64,000 nt of DNA from an uncultured Spirochaetota bacterium (GTDB lineage: Bacteria; Spirochaetota; UBA4802; UBA5550). Shown in pieces: positions 1 through 9,224 of this stretch (position 1 is the stretch's first letter; each line of letters opens with the position of its first letter). The position numbers and the translations under genes were made by a program. The notes beneath the pieces were generated by a model. The model was given only the letters and a program-made list of their open reading frames with translations, was not told the DNA's origin and searched no databases. Location of the stretch: assembly GCA_963827275.1 (NCBI GenBank), contig CAWHAA010000006.1, positions 92,409-156,408 of the forward strand, in the 5' to 3' direction.

Positions 1-431
1 ATCAGTATGTTCGCCGGCTTCAGGTCGCGGTGGATCAGGTTGCCCGCGTGCAGGGCCTCCAGCCCCCTGCATATCTGGATGACGATGTCGACCGTCTGGC
101 GCACTGAAAGGTATTTCTCGTTGATGATGTCCTGCAGGCTGGTGCCGGGGAAGTATTCCGTGGCCACGTAGAGCAGCTCGATGAATTCCCCCACCTCGAC
201 GATCTTGATGATGTTCGGGTGGTCGATCTCGGAAACGGCGTTCGCCTCGATCCTGAAGCGGATGATGTCCTCTATCCGCTTGGATATGACGCTGTTCTTG
301 AGAAATTTGAATATGTACCGCTGCTTCCCCTGTGTCAGGTCATGGGCAAGGTGCATGTGGCTGATGGCGTCCTCGCCAATGAGCCCTTCGATCTGGTACC
401 TGTTATGGACTATTTTGCCGTTTATTTCCAT
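1..431 (-). CDS. Ser/Thr protein kinase, N-terminal part (gene runs off the 5' edge of the window)
   Basis: Reverse-complement translation from the ATG at 431..429 gives MEINGKIVHNRYQIEGLIGEDAISHMHLAHDLTQGKQRYIFKFLKN...LIHRDLKPANIL. This has the Hanks kinase ATP-binding lysine context and the HRDLKPxN catalytic loop. The ORF track did not list it because it has no stop inside the window. Confidence 0.75.
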   Translation of the reverse strand, partial: MEINGKIVHNRYQIEGLIGEDAISHMHLAHDLTQGKQRYIFKFLKNSVISKRIEDIIRFRIEANAVSEIDHPNIIKIVEVGEFIELLYVATEYFPGTSLQDIINEKYLSVRQTVDIVIQICRGLEALHAGNLIHRDLKPANIL

Positions 432-665
432 CTGCGCTGTTTGTCGTCCTGGATAACTGGCGGTGCCGCTTCCCCTGTGCGCCAATAGTATATATATACC
501 ATGCAAAATCGGTCAATCAGATTATCTGCGTAAATAATTTTTCGTTCTGGCGCCGTGTCAAGTTCGCGGGCGCGGGCGGTTACCGGGGACGGCCGGGGGA
601 TATCGTGATCTTGATCCTGAGCCGCCTCAGGTTGAAGGTGGTAAGCTTGTCGGGCCTGATCTTTA

Positions 666-1274
666 TCAAATCGACATCGATATAGGTGGAGTCATCGACG
701 TGGGGGGGATCCGCACCTCGAGCTGGGACGTGGTATGGATCCGGCCTATCCCGCGGCACACGTAGCATTTTTCCTCCTCCTTCGGACGGCTGCCCCTGCA
801 GAGCGGGCAGATCATGCGGGCCGGCAGCTCGATGTAGGCCACAGCGCCCCTGGCGGCCTCGACCGGGGTGATCATGATCTCGATGTCCTGGCCGAAATTA
901 TTGATGATGTCATGCCGCTTCATCCCCTTCGGCGCGAGGTTCGCCTTCAGCATGCCGCCGAGTGTGGCGGAATACCGTATCCTCTTTTTCGATATGATGG
1001 CGCACCCGCTGGGATCAATCGTGCGTGAATTGAAAAGGACGCGGTCGTATTCGAGGCGCATGTCATCGTCGGTGAGGATGCGGTAGCCCCGTATGATCAG
1101 GTCGAGCTTTTCCGTGAGGTTTTTAGAGCCGGCCGCCGCCGTGTCGGGGTGGTAGCGCTTGATCAGGTCGCGGAAGGCGGATCTGATCTCGTCAGCACGG
1201 GCCGTACGCGGGAGGTTGAAGATCGTGTAGAAGTCTATCACCACGCCGTTCTTGTCATAGCATGACAGGATCAT
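666..1274 (-). CDS. J-domain (DnaJ-like) protein with a C-terminal CxxC...CxxC motif
   Basis: 202-aa ORF. The N-terminal segment DFYTIFNLPRTARADEIRSAFRDLIKRYHPD carries the HPD tripeptide diagnostic of J domains. The C-terminus has CPLCRG...CYVCRG zinc-finger-like pairs. Confidence 0.6.
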   Translation of the reverse strand: MILSCYDKNGVVIDFYTIFNLPRTARADEIRSAFRDLIKRYHPDTAAAGSKNLTEKLDLIIRGYRILTDDDMRLEYDRVLFNSRTIDPSGCAIISKKRIRYSATLGGMLKANLAPKGMKRHDIINNFGQDIEIMITPVEAARGAVAYIELPARMICPLCRGSRPKEEEKCYVCRGIGRIHTTSQLEVRIPPTSMTPPISMSI

Positions 1275-1295
1275 TGACCGCTCCTCCGCCCCGCG

Positions 1296-2978
1296 TCAAC
1301 CGCAGCCGCCCTGCGGCGCCGCGGTCTCCTGGAGCGCCGCCCCGTAGGTGGCATAGCCGCCGCTCAGGTTGTACACGTCATCGTATCCGTTCTGCGACAG
1401 GGTCCGCGCCGCGACATAGCCGCGCAGGCCCACGGCGCAGAAGATGACGATGGTTTTCTCTCTGGGCAGTGACGCGAGGCTGCTGCGAAGCTCGTCAACC
1501 GGGATGTTGACCGATCCCGGGATGGTGCCGGCCCTGTGTTCGCCGGGGGTCCTCACGTCGAGAAGGACGGTCCGGGCCATATCGAGCCGGGCGATATCAT
1601 GCCAGTGAAGGACCTTCACCAGGCCGCTCAGGATGTTGTCGGCGACAAAACCGGCCATGTTCACCGGGTCCTTCGCCGAGGAGTACGGCGGCGCGTATGC
1701 GTGATCGAATTCGGTCAGGTCGCCCACCGTACCCTTCATGCCGATGTGCGACGCAAGCACGTCTATCCGCTTGTCGACCCCGTCGTACCCGACTACCTGG
1801 GCGCCCAGGAGGGCGCCTTTGTCCGGGGAAAAGAGGAGCTTTACCGACATCTGGCGTGCTCCCGGGTAATAGGTGGCGTGTGAAGCGCTGTGGGTGATGG
1901 AGGCCAGGTAGGGGACGTTGTTCGCCGCGAGCAGCTTCTCCGGGGCCCCGGTCGATGCGACCGTGAGGTCGAAGACCCGGGCCACGGCGGTCGCGATGCT
2001 CCCCGCGTATTTTTTTTCGTTTCCCGAGATGATGTTGTCCGCCGCCAGGCGGCCCTGCTTGTTCGCCGGGCCCGCCAGGTACGTGATCACCGGGGCGTGC
2101 GTTACCGGGTGGGCGAATTCGATCGCGTCGCCCACGGCATATATCGCCGGGTCGGAGGTCTGCAGAAAGTCGTTCACGGCGATGCCGCCGCGCGGGCCCA
2201 GCGCAAGACCGGCGGCCTTCGCGAGGGACGTGTCGGGCCGCACGCCGATCGAGAGGATAACGAGGCCCGATGGGACCTCCCTGCCGCTGGCAAGGCGGGT
2301 GACGATGCTGCCTCCCTTCTTTTCGAAGGATTGCACGCCGTCTTTAAGGAGCAGGTTGACGCACTTTGCCCTGACGTGGTGGTGCACGATGGCCGCCATC
2401 TCGAAGTCGAGGTTCGCCATGATCTGGTCGGCCATTTCGATCACGGTCACTGCCATGCCGAGACCGTGAAGGTTCTCCGCCATCTCGATGCCGATGAAGC
2501 CGCCGCCCACGACCGTGACGCTCTTCGGTCTTTTGTCCCGGATGTAGCTCCATATCCGGTCGGTGTCGTCCACGTTGCGGAGGGTGAAGATTCCCTCCGT
2601 GTCTATGCCGGGTATGGGGGGCCGTACCGGCTCCGCGCCGGGGGAGAGCACCAGCCGGTCGTAGCCCTCCCGGTATGTGTTCCCCGTGGCCAGGTCCTTT
2701 ACCTCGACCTGCGATGCCGCGCGGTCTATGCGGAGCACCTCTGAATTGACGCGCACATCGATGTTGAACCTGTTCCGGAAGCCCTGCGGCGTCTGCACGA
2801 AGAGCCTGCTGCGTTCGGGGATCACGCCGCCGAGGTAGTAGGGGAGCCCGCAGTTGGCGTAAGAAACGTATCCGCCCCGCTCGAAGATAATGATTTCCGC
2901 GTGCTCGTCCAGGCGCCGCAGGCGCGCCGCCGCTGTCGCGCCCCCGGCCACGCCCCCGATTACGAGATATCGTGCCAT
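1296..2978 (-). CDS. CoA-disulfide reductase / NADH oxidase family flavoprotein fused to a C-terminal rhodanese domain
   Basis: 560 aa. N-terminal VIGGVAGGATAAARL FAD-binding fold and the redox-active Cys motif SYANCGLPYY. Second dinucleotide fold VVGGGFIGIEMAE. C-terminal about 100 aa with the rhodanese active-site loop FCAVGLRG. Confidence 0.85.
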   Translation of the reverse strand: MARYLVIGGVAGGATAAARLRRLDEHAEIIIFERGGYVSYANCGLPYYLGGVIPERSRLFVQTPQGFRNRFNIDVRVNSEVLRIDRAASQVEVKDLATGNTYREGYDRLVLSPGAEPVRPPIPGIDTEGIFTLRNVDDTDRIWSYIRDKRPKSVTVVGGGFIGIEMAENLHGLGMAVTVIEMADQIMANLDFEMAAIVHHHVRAKCVNLLLKDGVQSFEKKGGSIVTRLASGREVPSGLVILSIGVRPDTSLAKAAGLALGPRGGIAVNDFLQTSDPAIYAVGDAIEFAHPVTHAPVITYLAGPANKQGRLAADNIISGNEKKYAGSIATAVARVFDLTVASTGAPEKLLAANNVPYLASITHSASHATYYPGARQMSVKLLFSPDKGALLGAQVVGYDGVDKRIDVLASHIGMKGTVGDLTEFDHAYAPPYSSAKDPVNMAGFVADNILSGLVKVLHWHDIARLDMARTVLLDVRTPGEHRAGTIPGSVNIPVDELRSSLASLPREKTIVIFCAVGLRGYVAARTLSQNGYDDVYNLSGGYATYGAALQETAAPQGGCG

Positions 2979-3154
2979 TGCATGCTCCAGTGAAATGAAA
3001 GTGTCCTGCCGTGTACCGGCCCCGGGACAGGACCGGGCAGATAGCGGACTGGTACTTACTTCAGTAATACCGCATACGACTGCTGCCTGTCAACGATTTA
3101 TATGATGGAAAAGAATGCCTGGTCTGACGGGGAATCAGAAGCGTGTGGTACTGG

Positions 3155-4021
3155 CTATGACCCGAAAAATTCCGATAAAAGGTCCGTGATTTCCACCGGA
3201 CGTTCCTGCGGGATAAGGTGTCCCGCGGTTTGTATCAGGCGGTGGGAGCCGTTCGGGAGAAGGGACGCGACCTTCGGAAGGTCGATATAGGAGCGGTTTT
3301 CGCTCGCCTCGCCTTCGACGATCATCACCGGGCACGTGATGCTCGCAAGAACAGGCCACGGGTCGAACTGGAGGCCGCCCATGAACAACGCGGCCTCGCG
3401 CCGTGGATGGCATGCCAGCACCAGGCCGCCCCCGTCGCCGGAAATCATGCCGTATTTCACGTAGAGGTCCATCATCCCCGCGTCCCATTTCTCGAACATC
3501 TTTTTTGACGAGAGATAGCTCCTGGCGTCCGCCTCGCTGTCCCAGCCGTTGCGGCGCTTTATCGACCTCGAAGCCAGCGGGTGTTGTTCCACGGCGAGTC
3601 CGGTCCGGTAGATCGCCTCGGGGAGAAAGATCGGCTCGATCAGCACCATCTTCTCCGCGGCAAGGCCTTCCGTGGCGCTGGCGATCGCCGTGACCGTCGC
3701 GCCCATGCTGTGACCGGCCATGTAGGGCCTCTCGAGGCCGAGCCCGCGGCACAGGGCGGCCAGGTCTGAAGCGAGGAGCTTCCAGCTCAGGCCGCCCTCC
3801 TCGGGCTCTGCGGACCGATGATCGCAGAAGTAGGGGGCGATGATGCGGAAGCGCGGCCAGAGGGCCTGCGCGATCGGGTGCCAGAGCCAGGGGAGGAACC
3901 CCGTGGCGTGAAGGAGCACGAGGGCCGGTCCTTCCGACGGATAATGGAGGTACTGTATCTCGATGCCGCCGATGTCCTGGCGCAGTATTTCAGGCTCAAT
4001 GCGGACCGACATGACGCTCAA
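3155..4021 (-). CDS. alpha/beta-fold hydrolase
   Basis: 288 aa. Nucleophile elbow GHSMGA, an HGF-like oxyanion motif LLHATGF and a C-terminal His region. 4-nt overlap (ATGA) with the next gene. Confidence 0.7.
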   Translation of the reverse strand: MSVMSVRIEPEILRQDIGGIEIQYLHYPSEGPALVLLHATGFLPWLWHPIAQALWPRFRIIAPYFCDHRSAEPEEGGLSWKLLASDLAALCRGLGLERPYMAGHSMGATVTAIASATEGLAAEKMVLIEPIFLPEAIYRTGLAVEQHPLASRSIKRRNGWDSEADARSYLSSKKMFEKWDAGMMDLYVKYGMISGDGGGLVLACHPRREAALFMGGLQFDPWPVLASITCPVMIVEGEASENRSYIDLPKVASLLPNGSHRLIQTAGHLIPQERPVEITDLLSEFFGS

Positions 4022-4404
4022 ACCTTTCTGGCGTCGCCCGACAGGGGACGGATGCCGATGATCTTGAAGTAGACGAGGAACCGGTCTTTCCCTCCCTCGT
4101 CATCCGAGTCGGCCCGCTTTTTTCTCCGCAGCTCTTCTATGAGCGGGCTGTTCCTCTCTTCGCCGCATTTTTCTATATAGAGGCGCGTCCCGTGGAAGCC
4201 GTCGTCTTCCTTGAAGAGGTAGACCGCCTTCGGGTTTGACTGGAGGTTCTTGTGGCTCCGCTTGTCCGCCATGATGAACGCGATGGTCTCAAAATCGATG
4301 CAGTGGGGCCGTGAATAGAGAGCGGCGTCGACATTGCCGTCGGAATCGGCGGTTGAGAGGATGCCAAAACCGCGCGCGGTCTCAAAATATTCTTTCATTT
4401 CCAT
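4018..4404 (-). CDS. pyridoxamine 5'-phosphate oxidase-like FMN-binding split-barrel protein
   Basis: 128 aa. The pattern GFGILSTADSDGNVDAALYSRP...AVYLFKEDDGFHGTRLY resembles the PNPOx-like split-barrel fold. Family assignment is by motif recall only. Confidence 0.5.
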   Translation of the reverse strand: MEMKEYFETARGFGILSTADSDGNVDAALYSRPHCIDFETIAFIMADKRSHKNLQSNPKAVYLFKEDDGFHGTRLYIEKCGEERNSPLIEELRRKKRADSDDEGGKDRFLVYFKIIGIRPLSGDARKV

Positions 4405-4476
4405 AGATGCTTCCCTTAATTATAAAAAGAGGCCATGGTCATTGTCCTGTCAAGATTAAATTCGACGGGACGCGCA

Positions 4477-5484
4477 TCAGGACTGCTTCGTGTCGGTGCA
4501 GACGGGATCCAGCATTCCCTGGGACCGGAACCATTCCAGGGTGTCGCGGACGGTCTCCTCGATCGGACGGGTACGGTAGCCCAGCTCGCGCGCGGCCTTC
4601 TCGTGGGAGATGGAGCGGTGGCTCTCAAGGGTCTTGAGGGCGATGGGAGTGAATTTCGTTGTCAGCTTGAGCGATTTCGCCACCGCGGTCACACAGTACG
4701 CGGGCATCCGGCAGAGCCACAGGGGCGTCGCAAACTGCGGGGTCTTTCGGCAGAAGGCCTCTGAAACTATCCGGGCGATTTCGCACACGTGGTGCCAGCC
4801 CCCGCTCGCCAGGTAGCATTCCCCGGGCCGTCCCTTCTCCGCCGCCGCGAGCGCGCAGGCCGCCACGTCCCGCGCGTCGACCCAGTCGTACCCGCCGTCT
4901 ATGAGGACAGGATAGCGGTTATGGTATATGCTGAGGAGCACCTCGCCCATGCGCGACGGCTTGAAATCCATGGGCCCGAGCACTGCGGTGGGATTGACCA
5001 CCACCGCGTTGAGCCCGCGGTCGACCGATTTCATCACTTCGAGCTGGCTCAGCGCCTTGGAGCGGTCATAAGGAAACGCGTTTTTACCAAGGGCGAGCGC
5101 CCGTGTTTCATCTATGGTCTCGCTTTCGGGGTATGACGAAAAAGCGTGGATCGAGCTGAAATGGACCAGCCTCCGTACGCGGTTTTTAATGCACGCCTCG
5201 ATCACGTTGCGGGTGCCCCCGATATTGATCCTGTCGACCATGCCCCCCTCGTCGCCGATGATGGAGATCATCGCCGCCGCGTGGAACACCGTGTCGGCGC
5301 CGTCGCATAATTTCATGAGCGAGTCGGTATCCAGCACGTCCCCGGTGACGATCTCCACGTCAAGCCCCTGGATGGCCCTGAGGTCTTTGCGCGCGAGCAC
5401 GCGCACGGCACTTCCCCCGTCAAGGAGGGCGCGCACAAGGTTGGCCCCCACATGGCCGGTGGCGCCGGTTACTGCAACTGTCAT
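4477..5484 (-). CDS. NAD(P)-dependent epimerase/dehydratase (extended SDR) family protein
   Basis: 335 aa. N-terminal Rossmann motif VTGATGHVGANLVRALL. YxxxK catalytic region (PYDRSK). Length and order are typical of extended SDRs. Confidence 0.8.
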   Translation of the reverse strand: MTVAVTGATGHVGANLVRALLDGGSAVRVLARKDLRAIQGLDVEIVTGDVLDTDSLMKLCDGADTVFHAAAMISIIGDEGGMVDRINIGGTRNVIEACIKNRVRRLVHFSSIHAFSSYPESETIDETRALALGKNAFPYDRSKALSQLEVMKSVDRGLNAVVVNPTAVLGPMDFKPSRMGEVLLSIYHNRYPVLIDGGYDWVDARDVAACALAAAEKGRPGECYLASGGWHHVCEIARIVSEAFCRKTPQFATPLWLCRMPAYCVTAVAKSLKLTTKFTPIALKTLESHRSISHEKAARELGYRTRPIEETVRDTLEWFRSQGMLDPVCTDTKQS

Positions 5485-5786
5485 GGCACGGTACCTCTCG
5501 TAGCCCCGCGCCGGGTGATATCTCGAAAACAGTGCGGCGCGGCAGGCGTAAAAATTATTCCCTATTGTAGTCCGGAGCCTCAGAAATCAAGTTAAAAATG
5601 ATTCCGGCGCCAATCATTGCCGTGAATGCGCGCTTCCTGAAGCTACGGGGTCGCCGGCCGAACAATAAAAATGGCATGCCGGATAAAAAATACTTGCAAA
5701 ACCGGGCGTTCGAATTTGTACATTAAGAAGTTTTTTTACATGGAGGGACCGCTACGAGCGTACTTGATGCGATTGGAAACACTCCC

Positions 5787-6671
5787 ATGGTCGGCATTAA
5801 CCGGATCTGGGATGAAAGTGAAACCGGGGTGCGCATCCTTGCCAAACTCGAAGGGGCGAACCCGGGCGGCTCGGTAAAAGACCGGCCGGCGTATTACATG
5901 ATCAAGAAGGCCATAGAGTCGGGAGAGCTCACCAGGGACAAGGTGATACTGGAGCCGACGTCCGGCAACACGGGAATCGGCATGGCGATGATTGCATCGG
6001 CCATGGGCTACAGGATAAAGCTGACCATGCCCTCGTGCGTGAGCGAAGAGCGCCGCTCGATTCTTATCGCCATGGGGGCGGAGCTTGAGCTCACCCCGGG
6101 CTGCGACAAGACTGACGGCGCCATCACGCGGGCGCACCATATAGTGGACCACTTCCACGAAAAGTACTACATGCCCAACCAGTTCGGGAACCCGGCCAAC
6201 TGGATGGCCCATTATGAGACCACCGCGCCTGAAATAGTGCGGGACACGAAGGGGGAGGTGGACTTCTTCGTCGCCGGCATGGGCACCACCGGGACGCTGA
6301 TGGGCTGTTCCCGCTACTTCAGGGAGCACAATCCGAGGACGAAGGCCGTGGGCATTGAGCCGGTGCTGAACCACCGGATACAGGGATTGAAGAACATGAA
6401 CGAGTCAATCGTGCCCGCCATCTATGACCCGGCATTGCTTGACCGCAAAATCGTATGCACGGACGATGATGCGTTTGACACGACACGCAACCTGGCCCTC
6501 ATGGAGGGGCTCTTCTGCGGGATGTCGAGCGGCGCCGCAATGTGGGGCGCCATGGCCGTGGCGAGGGACCTGCCGCGCGGCGCCACCGTGGTCGTCCTTT
6601 TCCCGGACCGCGGCGACCGGTATCTGTCGACCGAGGTCTTCAGGTCCGTGTGCGCCATCTGCCCGCCCTGA
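5787..6671 (+). CDS. cysK: cysteine synthase (O-acetylserine sulfhydrylase), PLP-dependent. The true start probably lies upstream; see the finding on a 5' frame anomaly.
   Basis: 294 aa from the listed ATG. PLP-lysine motif NPGGSVKDR, glycine loop SGNTGIGMA and the TGGT-type loop GMGTTGT. The conserved N-terminal SVLDAIGNTP is encoded in-frame immediately upstream of the listed ATG. Confidence 0.85.
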   Translation: MVGINRIWDESETGVRILAKLEGANPGGSVKDRPAYYMIKKAIESGELTRDKVILEPTSGNTGIGMAMIASAMGYRIKLTMPSCVSEERRSILIAMGAELELTPGCDKTDGAITRAHHIVDHFHEKYYMPNQFGNPANWMAHYETTAPEIVRDTKGEVDFFVAGMGTTGTLMGCSRYFREHNPRTKAVGIEPVLNHRIQGLKNMNESIVPAIYDPALLDRKIVCTDDDAFDTTRNLALMEGLFCGMSSGAAMWGAMAVARDLPRGATVVVLFPDRGDRYLSTEVFRSVCAICPP

Positions 6672-6736
6672 TGAGGAATTGAACCGTTCGCATCGGCGTT
6701 GTGCGTCACATCATACGACAGATACAGGAGGCGCAT

Positions 6737-7693
6737 ATGAAATGCGGCATCAACAGCAACGAAGGCGACCGCCTGTCGGAAGAAGACATCAACGCCATAG
6801 TGCGCGAGCTCTGCGCGCCGGAGTCCTACCGCGCGGTGTACCACCGCACCTACCATGACTTCCCCATGCCGTCCGTGGATGCGCTCAGGGAGACGGTGGA
6901 CCTTGTCAAGTCCGTCCTCTTCCCCGGCTATTTCATCAATTCAGACGTCAGGCCGGAGACGATGAAATACCATATCGGATCAACGCTTGAACGGATTTAT
7001 CTTCACCTCGCGGAGCAGATCAAGCGGGGGTACTGCTTTTCGTGCGCGGACGCGGGTGATACTGACCATGAATGCGAAGACTGCGAGCGCCGTTCAAAGG
7101 AAGTCGCTTCGAAGTTCCTCCAGTCGCTCACCCGGCTCAGGCGATTGCTCACCCTGGATGCGCAGGCTGCGTACAGCGGCGACCCGGCGGCAAAGGGGGT
7201 CGGAGAGACCATCTTCTGCTATCCAAGCATCACGGCGCTCGCCAACCACCGCATCGCCCATGAGCTCTACTGCCTGGAGGTGCCGCTCATCCCCCGGATC
7301 ATATCGGAGATGGCCCATTCTGAGACCGGCATCGATATCCATCCCGGGGCGAAGATCGGCGAGTCCTTCTTCATTGACCACGGCACCGGCACGGTCATCG
7401 GAGAGACCGCCGTCATCGGCAGCAATGTAAGGATCTACCAGGGGGTGACCCTGGGAGCGAAGAGCTTTCCCCTTGACCCGTCGGGGAACCCGATCAAGGG
7501 GGTGCCGCGGCATCCCATCGTCGAGGACGACGTCATCATCTATTCCGGCGCGACCATCCTCGGCCGCGTGACGATCGGGAAGGGCGCGGAGGTGGGGGGC
7601 AATGTATGGCTTACCCGCGACGTGCCGGCAGGCGCCCGCATAGTGCAGGGGAGGCCGGAGGAGAGCCTTTTCAGGGACGGGCTGGGAATCTGA
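6737..7693 (+). CDS. cysE: serine O-acetyltransferase (left-handed beta-helix hexapeptide acyltransferase) with extended N-terminal domain
   Basis: Hexapeptide repeats GAKIGESFFIDHGTGTVIGETAVIGSNVRIYQGVTLG, typical of CysE. AGGAGG lies 6 nt upstream of the ATG at 6737, which is in-frame with the listed 6701 start. The gene is immediately downstream of cysK. Confidence 0.8.
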   Translation: MKCGINSNEGDRLSEEDINAIVRELCAPESYRAVYHRTYHDFPMPSVDALRETVDLVKSVLFPGYFINSDVRPETMKYHIGSTLERIYLHLAEQIKRGYCFSCADAGDTDHECEDCERRSKEVASKFLQSLTRLRRLLTLDAQAAYSGDPAAKGVGETIFCYPSITALANHRIAHELYCLEVPLIPRIISEMAHSETGIDIHPGAKIGESFFIDHGTGTVIGETAVIGSNVRIYQGVTLGAKSFPLDPSGNPIKGVPRHPIVEDDVIIYSGATILGRVTIGKGAEVGGNVWLTRDVPAGARIVQGRPEESLFRDGLGI

Positions 7694-7694
7694 C

Positions 7695-9044
7695 TTACTT
7701 TGCGCGGAGCATCTTCTGCGCGGCGGCGTTTACCGGGTCCCATACCGGGGAGAAGGGGGGCGCGTAGCCGAGGTCAAGATACGCGACGTTTTCCACTTTC
7801 ATCTTTGCCGCTACTGCCGCTGCGACCGTGTTGATGCGCAGCGCGGCGCCGTCAGTGCCGGCGATCTCGCCGCCGATAAGCTCCCGCGAGTGCGAGTTGA
7901 TGGTAAGGGACACGCTGATCCTGCCTGACGCGGGGTAGTATCCCGCCTTCGACCGCCACAGTACCGAGGACGATTCGGAAGGGATGCCGGCGCGCCACGC
8001 GTCAGCCTCGTTCAGCCCTGTTTTCCCCACCTCGAGGTCGAACACCTTCACCATCTGCGAGCCTACGATCCCGGGAAAGGCCTCGTCTTCCACCCCGGCC
8101 GCCTGGAGCCCCGCGACGCGTCCCTGCTTGTTCGCCGTGGTGCCCAGCGGCATGTAGGCGTTTTCACCGGTCACGAGGTGCTTCACCGTTGCGCAGTCGC
8201 CTGCGGCGTAGACATCCGGCCGGCTGGTGCGCGATTTCTCATCGACGATGATCGCGCCCCGGTCGTTCATCTGTATGCCGGCCCCCTTGAGGAACGCGGT
8301 GTTAGGCGCGATACCAGTGGAGACGATGACGAGGTTGGCCTCGTAGCGCTCCCCGCTCGCGCTAACGGCGAGGCCCGCCGCCGAATGCGTTATCCCTGAT
8401 ATGTCGGCGCCGGTCACCACGGCGACATCATTGACGCGGAGCGTCTCGGATATGATGCTCCGGATCACCGGGGAGAGGGGCATGGCCACAGACTCGAATT
8501 TCTCAAGTATGACCGTTTCAATTGAGCGCTTCCTGAATGCCTCGGCCATTTCGAGACCGATGAAGCCGCCGCCGATGATGATGCCTCTCCGGGGGGAGCG
8601 TTCGTCGATGTATTTTTTTATCGCGATCCCGTCTGACAGGGCCCGCAGGAAAAATATATTCGGTGAATCGATACCGTCGATGGGGGGGGCTACCGGGCGG
8701 GCGCCGGTCGCGATGACAAGCTTCCGGTACGCGAGGGTCTCGGTTCCTGCCGCGGAGGCTACCGAGACAGTCCGGGCGTCGCAATCGACGGCGGTCGCTT
8801 CTGTATTCAGGCGTATCTCTATATTACGGTCGTTAATATATTCGTCGATATCGATCGCGATAAGGTTTTCCGGCGTTTTGACATCATCGCCGATATAGTA
8901 GGGCATACCGCAGGCGGCGTATGAAACGTGCGCGCTTTTTTCGAGCACGGCGATTGACAGGGCTTCGGAGGTCCTGCGCGCCTGTGATGCCGCGCTCATC
9001 CCCGCAGCATCACCGCCGATGACGAGAATATCATATTTCTTCAT
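7695..9044 (-). CDS. FAD-dependent pyridine nucleotide-disulfide oxidoreductase (NADH oxidase / CoA-disulfide reductase family, no rhodanese domain)
   Basis: 449 aa. ILVIGGDAAGMSAA FAD fold, redox Cys motif SYAACGMPYY, second fold IIGGGFIGLEMAE. It is a paralog of the 1296..2978 protein. Confidence 0.85.
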   Translation of the reverse strand: MKKYDILVIGGDAAGMSAASQARRTSEALSIAVLEKSAHVSYAACGMPYYIGDDVKTPENLIAIDIDEYINDRNIEIRLNTEATAVDCDARTVSVASAAGTETLAYRKLVIATGARPVAPPIDGIDSPNIFFLRALSDGIAIKKYIDERSPRRGIIIGGGFIGLEMAEAFRKRSIETVILEKFESVAMPLSPVIRSIISETLRVNDVAVVTGADISGITHSAAGLAVSASGERYEANLVIVSTGIAPNTAFLKGAGIQMNDRGAIIVDEKSRTSRPDVYAAGDCATVKHLVTGENAYMPLGTTANKQGRVAGLQAAGVEDEAFPGIVGSQMVKVFDLEVGKTGLNEADAWRAGIPSESSSVLWRSKAGYYPASGRISVSLTINSHSRELIGGEIAGTDGAALRINTVAAAVAAKMKVENVAYLDLGYAPPFSPVWDPVNAAAQKMLRAK

Positions 9045-9166
9045 AGTGGGCCTCCGGCAATGAACACGTTGGTTGTCATGGATCGCATAATCGTGTCAAA
9101 AGTCGCAAAAAACGATGAATAAGTCAATAAAAATTAAAGAAAAATCTAAAATACTTAATGCCTTGC

Positions 9167-9195
9167 TTGACGGAGTACCTATTGTTAAGTATATT
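9167..9195 (+). promoter_or_regulatory. candidate sigma70 promoter of the HesB-like selenoprotein gene (TTGACG, 17-nt spacer, TATATT)
   Basis: Hexamers and spacing read directly from the sequence. 30 nt upstream of the ATG at 9225. The spacer contains the ATTGTTAAG half-site discussed under the findings. Confidence 0.35.
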
Positions 9196-9224
9196 CTAAA
9201 TAAATAATATACCGTCAGGAGGAG

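Noticed and set aside
1890-2744. Long plus-strand ORFs (284 aa, 183 aa and others) overlapping the minus-strand CoADR-rhodanese gene. Similar antisense ORFs sit over cydA/cydB, rnr, gspE/gspF and elsewhere.
   Set aside because: These are typical high-GC antisense open frames. Their translations are Arg/Ala/Gly/Pro-rich with no motifs. The opposite strand encodes clearly conserved domains.
3002-3032. The inverted repeat GTCCTGCC...GGGACAGGAC 25 nt upstream of the CoADR-rhodanese start codon, considered as a terminator of the upstream hydrolase gene.
   Set aside because: The stem is imperfect. It sits between an RBS and the upstream gene's stop, 120 nt from that stop. The U-rich tail is interrupted (ACUUUCAUUUCACU). 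This is insufficient for a confident call.
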